Shown here one piece after another: positions 7,245 to 10,156 of a stretch of 10,156 nucleotides of DNA. The stretch comes from Promethearchaeia archaeon (lineage in GTDB: Archaea; Asgardarchaeota; Lokiarchaeia; Sigyniarchaeales; SOKP01): positions 1-10,156 of the forward strand of contig JAHQWL010000015.1 in assembly GCA_029856155.1 (NCBI GenBank), written 5' to 3'. How positions within the stretch are numbered: position 1 is the stretch's first letter; every line of letters starts with the position of its first letter. The notes beneath the pieces were generated by a model that was not told the origin of the DNA, ran no database searches, and saw only the letters and a program-made list of their open reading frames with translations. Made by a program: the position numbers and the translations under genes.

Positions 7245-7306
7245 TAATCTTAAGAGATTAAAAAGAGATTAATTTAAAAAACTAGTTAATATCACCTAGT
7301 GTGACT
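7245..7306. promoter_or_regulatory. Candidate operator cluster between the divergent MFS and radA genes
   Basis: TAATCT-TAAG-AGATTA inverted repeat (7245-7260); AAGAGATTAA direct repeat (7252-7261 and 7263-7272); TATCAC-CTAGT-GTGACT dyad (7290-7306). Confidence 0.35.
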
Positions 7307-7411
7307 GACAATTTAAATAATCAATATTTATTTAATTCAATTATTTATTTCATGATAAAATATCAAATTTATTAGCAATTCATATTAAAATTTAGATTTA
7401 ATATTATAATT

Positions 7412-8410
7412 ATGGCAAAAAAAAAAGGTAGTACAGATAAAGATAGTGAGGATAAAGATTTCAATTCAAAGCCTTCTTATAGTTTACAAGATTTACCGGG
7501 TGTTGGTGAAGCAACTGTAAAAAAATTGGTAGAAGCGGGAGTTTTATCAATTCGAACTCTCGCGATGTATCCAATGAAAAAGTTAATGGATGAAGTAGGC
7601 ATCGGTGAAAAAACTGCTGAAAAAATAATTAAAGCCGCACAAGATATAGAAAAAATGGGATTTAAGTCCGCGGATAAGATCTGGGAAAAAAGAAAGAAAT
7701 TAAATAAATTAACTACTGGTAGTCAAAATTTAGATGATTTATTGATGGGGGGAATTGAACCAGGAGCAGTCACAGAACTGTTTGGAGAATATCGAACTGG
7801 AAAAACTCAATTAGCTCATCAATTATGTGTTAATGTACAATTATCTTACGAAGAAGGAGGTCTGGAAGGTGGAGCATTATACATTGACACAGAAGGAACC
7901 TTCAGACCAGAGAGATTGATTCAAATGGCAGTTGCAAAAGATTTAGACCATAATTTAATTTTGAAAAATGTAACTATTGGGAGAGCTTATAACAGTGATC
8001 ATCAAATTTTATTAGCTAAAGAATCTCCAAAAATCATAGGAGAAAAAAATATAAAATTAATTATAGTAGATTCACTTATTGGCCACTTTCGTAGTGAATA
8101 TATTGGTAGAGGGACTCTAGCAGAGCGTCAACAAATCATAAATACTCATATACACGATTTATTAAGATTAACTGAAACCTATGATGAGTTAGCAGTAGTA
8201 TTTACAAATCAGGTATCAGCTAGACCAGATGTATTTTATGGTAATCCTTTAACGCATACGGGCGGACATATTGTCGCACATGGTGCCACAATCAGAATTT
8301 TTTTGAGAAAAGGAAAAGGTGAACAAAGGGTAGCTAAAGTTGTAGATGCTCCAAATATTCCTGAGAGTGATACAGTATTTTCAATTACGGAAGATGGTAT
8401 AAGAGATTGA
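7412..8410 (+). CDS. radA: DNA repair and recombination protein RadA (Rad51/DMC1 family)
   Basis: N-terminal HhH (LPGVGEATVKKL, GIGEKTAEKII), polymerisation motif GFKSA, Walker A GEYRTGKTQ, YIDTEGTFRPERL, Walker B LIIVDS, HFRSEYIGRGTLAERQQ, TNQV and GGHIVAH. No intein is present. Confidence 0.97.
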   Translation: MAKKKGSTDKDSEDKDFNSKPSYSLQDLPGVGEATVKKLVEAGVLSIRTLAMYPMKKLMDEVGIGEKTAEKIIKAAQDIEKMGFKSADKIWEKRKKLNKLTTGSQNLDDLLMGGIEPGAVTELFGEYRTGKTQLAHQLCVNVQLSYEEGGLEGGALYIDTEGTFRPERLIQMAVAKDLDHNLILKNVTIGRAYNSDHQILLAKESPKIIGEKNIKLIIVDSLIGHFRSEYIGRGTLAERQQIINTHIHDLLRLTETYDELAVVFTNQVSARPDVFYGNPLTHTGGHIVAHGATIRIFLRKGKGEQRVAKVVDAPNIPESDTVFSITEDGIRD

Positions 8411-8423
8411 TTTATATAGAAGA

Positions 8424-8861
8424 TTAATAATTAAAATTAATATTTATGTCAAAACCTTCTCGTATAGATTCTGAGATGACGCAGAACTGCTCAAAATTTT
8501 TTTGACATTGATCTGCTCTTTTACGCATTTGAGGATTATCAATCTTTGGGTTTAATATTATATCGATCTTCTTAAGCCTCCAAAATCCTTTTTCATTCCT
8601 TTTACTAGTAATAATTGCTTTACCTTCGATATCGGATAATGAAAAGTTATTCTTTTGTACACAAAATGTAAAACTGCTAGCTAAACATGCCAAGACAGAT
8701 AAAGCTAACAATTTAGATGGATTAGGTCCAATTTTGTTAATTGATCTTTTATGATATTCATCAATAAATAAATCATTCATCTGTATTTGACCAAGATCGC
8801 ACTTAAATATCATTTCATCTTCTAGTTTTATACCAACTTCAGATTTGTATTCATTTGACAA
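8424..8861 (-). CDS. OsmC/Ohr-fold protein, Cys-rich paralog A
   Basis: Motifs IDE...GPNPSKLLALSVLACLASSF and FEQFCVISESIREG carry the two OsmC-family cysteines (C59, C127). The TTG start is preceded by the SD AAGGTGA. Confidence 0.88.
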   Translation of the reverse strand: MSNEYKSEVGIKLEDEMIFKCDLGQIQMNDLFIDEYHKRSINKIGPNPSKLLALSVLACLASSFTFCVQKNNFSLSDIEGKAIITSKRNEKGFWRLKKIDIILNPKIDNPQMRKRADQCQKNFEQFCVISESIREGFDININFNY

Positions 8862-8900
8862 TTTTTATCACCTTAAATTAAAAAATATAAAAATTATGAA

Positions 8901-9377
8901 TTAAATATTAAGATTAACATTTACCTCAATACCCGCACGTACGGACTGTGTTACTATACAATATTGTTCAAAAAAACTAACCCCATCTTTTACTGCTTTT
9001 AAACATTGTTTTGCTCTTTTAAGTGTTTCAGGATCCTCTATTTTTGGTTCAATATTAACATCAATTTTTTTAATTCTCAGAAATCCCTTTTCATTTCTGG
9101 CAATAGTAACCTCTGCTTCAGCTTCAAAATCATCAACCTTGAAATCTCTTTTTTTGAGACAGAAAATAAAACTGGCGCTCAAACAGCCCAACACACTCAA
9201 GGCGAGCATTCTTGATGGATTAGGTCCCAACATATCAACTTCTTGATAATGTTCCTCATCAATATAACAATCTTTAACTTTCATAATACCTAAATCGCAT
9301 TTAAAGATCATTTGAGACTCAAATTCATCTAATTTTAATCCGACCTTAGTTTTCATTTCATCCAAAACAATCAACAT
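8901..9377 (-). CDS. OsmC/Ohr-fold protein, Cys-rich paralog B (start may be TTG at 9365)
   Basis: Motifs IDEE...GPNPSRMLALSVLGCLSASF and FEQYCIVTQSVRAGIEVNV. It is clearly paralogous to 8424-8861 (shared MIFKCDLG, RNEKGF, KKID, PKI). Confidence 0.9.
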   Translation of the reverse strand: MLIVLDEMKTKVGLKLDEFESQMIFKCDLGIMKVKDCYIDEEHYQEVDMLGPNPSRMLALSVLGCLSASFIFCLKKRDFKVDDFEAEAEVTIARNEKGFLRIKKIDVNIEPKIEDPETLKRAKQCLKAVKDGVSFFEQYCIVTQSVRAGIEVNVNLNI

Positions 9378-9388
9378 CAGTTTATTAA

Positions 9389-9931
9389 TTATTTACTATT
9401 CATATTTTTAAAAAGGGAGAATAATTTCTCTTGCTTTGATTTATCATCTTTAAGTTCATGAAGTAATTGATCTATTTCAGTTAATTTAATTTTATAAAAC
9501 TTTAGTTCTTCCTTGATTTCTGATTGAATAATAGATAATTGAATAGATTCATCGATTTTGCATGCACTTTTAACGAATTTTAGGCACTGATTCACTTTTT
9601 GATAAATTATAGCATCATCAAATAGATTATTAACTATAATATTAATTTGATCAATTACCCAATCATTACTTCCATTTTTTATAATGTGTAGTTGAACTTG
9701 CGGGAATTCTAATTCTTCTTTATTGTTTCTTAAACAATTAACTAAAGTTGCGTTTAAACAATTAATAAATGTCTTATCATGTACTATTGGAGCGTTGGTT
9801 GATAAGAGGTTTAGATCTTCTTCATTTAATTCTTCAAGAATACAACTAAATAAATTAGTATCATTTAAATCACAATTGAATATTTTTGTCTCATTCTCAT
9901 TCAATAGTTTCACCTTGAAAGACGATAACAT
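9389..9931 (-). CDS. Highly divergent OsmC-fold paralog C with C-terminal helical/coiled-coil extension (start may be TTG at 9904)
   Basis: Segment matches to its neighbours: IFNCDL to IFKCDL, SCILEE to DCYIDE, NCLNATLVNCL to GCLSASFIFCL, WVIDQINI to WRLKKIDI, and KVNQCLKFVKSACKIDESI to RADQCQKNFEQFCVISESI. The GPNP motif is lost. An AAGGTGA SD lies before the in-frame TTG at 9904. Confidence 0.75.
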   Translation of the reverse strand: MLSSFKVKLLNENETKIFNCDLNDTNLFSCILEELNEEDLNLLSTNAPIVHDKTFINCLNATLVNCLRNNKEELEFPQVQLHIIKNGSNDWVIDQINIIVNNLFDDAIIYQKVNQCLKFVKSACKIDESIQLSIIQSEIKEELKFYKIKLTEIDQLLHELKDDKSKQEKLFSLFKNMNSK

Positions 9932-9986
9932 CTGTTTACTTTAGAGTAAATAATTAAATGTTAAACAAAAATCTTTTAGTTTTCAA

Positions 9987-10156
9987 TTAAAAGTCAGATT
10001 TTTTATTAGTTTTCTCATTTTTTTGTAATGTAAAATGACGATTTAAATGAAAATATAGACCAAGAAAATATAATAGAAGCATAAAACTATATTGGATAGC
10101 AAATAGGAAGATAAAAACTACCATCAAAATAAATAGAATAATTTCTATTGCTAAGC
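9987..10156 (-). CDS. 3' end of a membrane protein gene (partial; starts beyond the window)
   Basis: An open minus-strand frame from the window edge reads LAIEIILFILMVVFIFLFAIQYSFMLLLYFLGLYFHLNRHFTLQKNEKTNKKSDF then TAA at 9989-9987: two hydrophobic helices and a charged tail. Confidence 0.7.
   Translation of the reverse strand, partial: LAIEIILFILMVVFIFLFAIQYSFMLLLYFLGLYFHLNRHFTLQKNEKTNKKSDF

Noticed and set aside
8424-9931. Selenocysteine recoding in the OsmC proteins
   Set aside because: All conserved Cys positions are TGT/TGC within open frames, with no in-frame TGA.
9006-9944. Plus-strand ORFs 9006-9215 and 9723-9944
   Set aside because: Antisense to the OsmC paralogs, with no recognisable features.
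1-10156. CRISPR array, tRNA/rRNA, IS element or intein
   Set aside because: I saw no regularly spaced repeats, GC-rich structured RNA, transposase/integrase ORF or terminal inverted repeats. RadA is normal length.

Overview
AT-rich (roughly 30% GC by eye) archaeal chromosomal DNA, most likely an Asgard archaeon of the Lokiarchaeia type. This is inferred from GGTGA Shine-Dalgarno sites, BRE/TATA promoters and a RadA with a Rad51-like GEYRTGKTQ Walker A. From left to right the window holds: an unannotated 45-aa CxxCG/CPxCG zinc-ribbon microprotein (18-155, -); a divergent DUF6011-like Cys finger plus coiled-coil protein; a GH57 1,4-alpha-glucan branching enzyme; a divergent stand-alone phosphohexomutase-fold protein whose four catalytic loops are all degenerate, yet which begins M-S-H-N-P; a 7-TM orphan membrane protein with a duplicated 3' end; a GPH/MFS_2 transporter lacking the TM2 cation-binding aspartates; radA; a convergent operon of three Cys-rich OsmC-fold paralogs (the third so divergent that it is recognisable mainly by its cysteine spacing); and the 3' end of a membrane-protein gene. 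I found no rRNA, tRNA, CRISPR array or transposase. The best candidates for undescribed biology are the three-gene Cys-rich OsmC module and the pseudo-phosphomutase paired with the branching enzyme.
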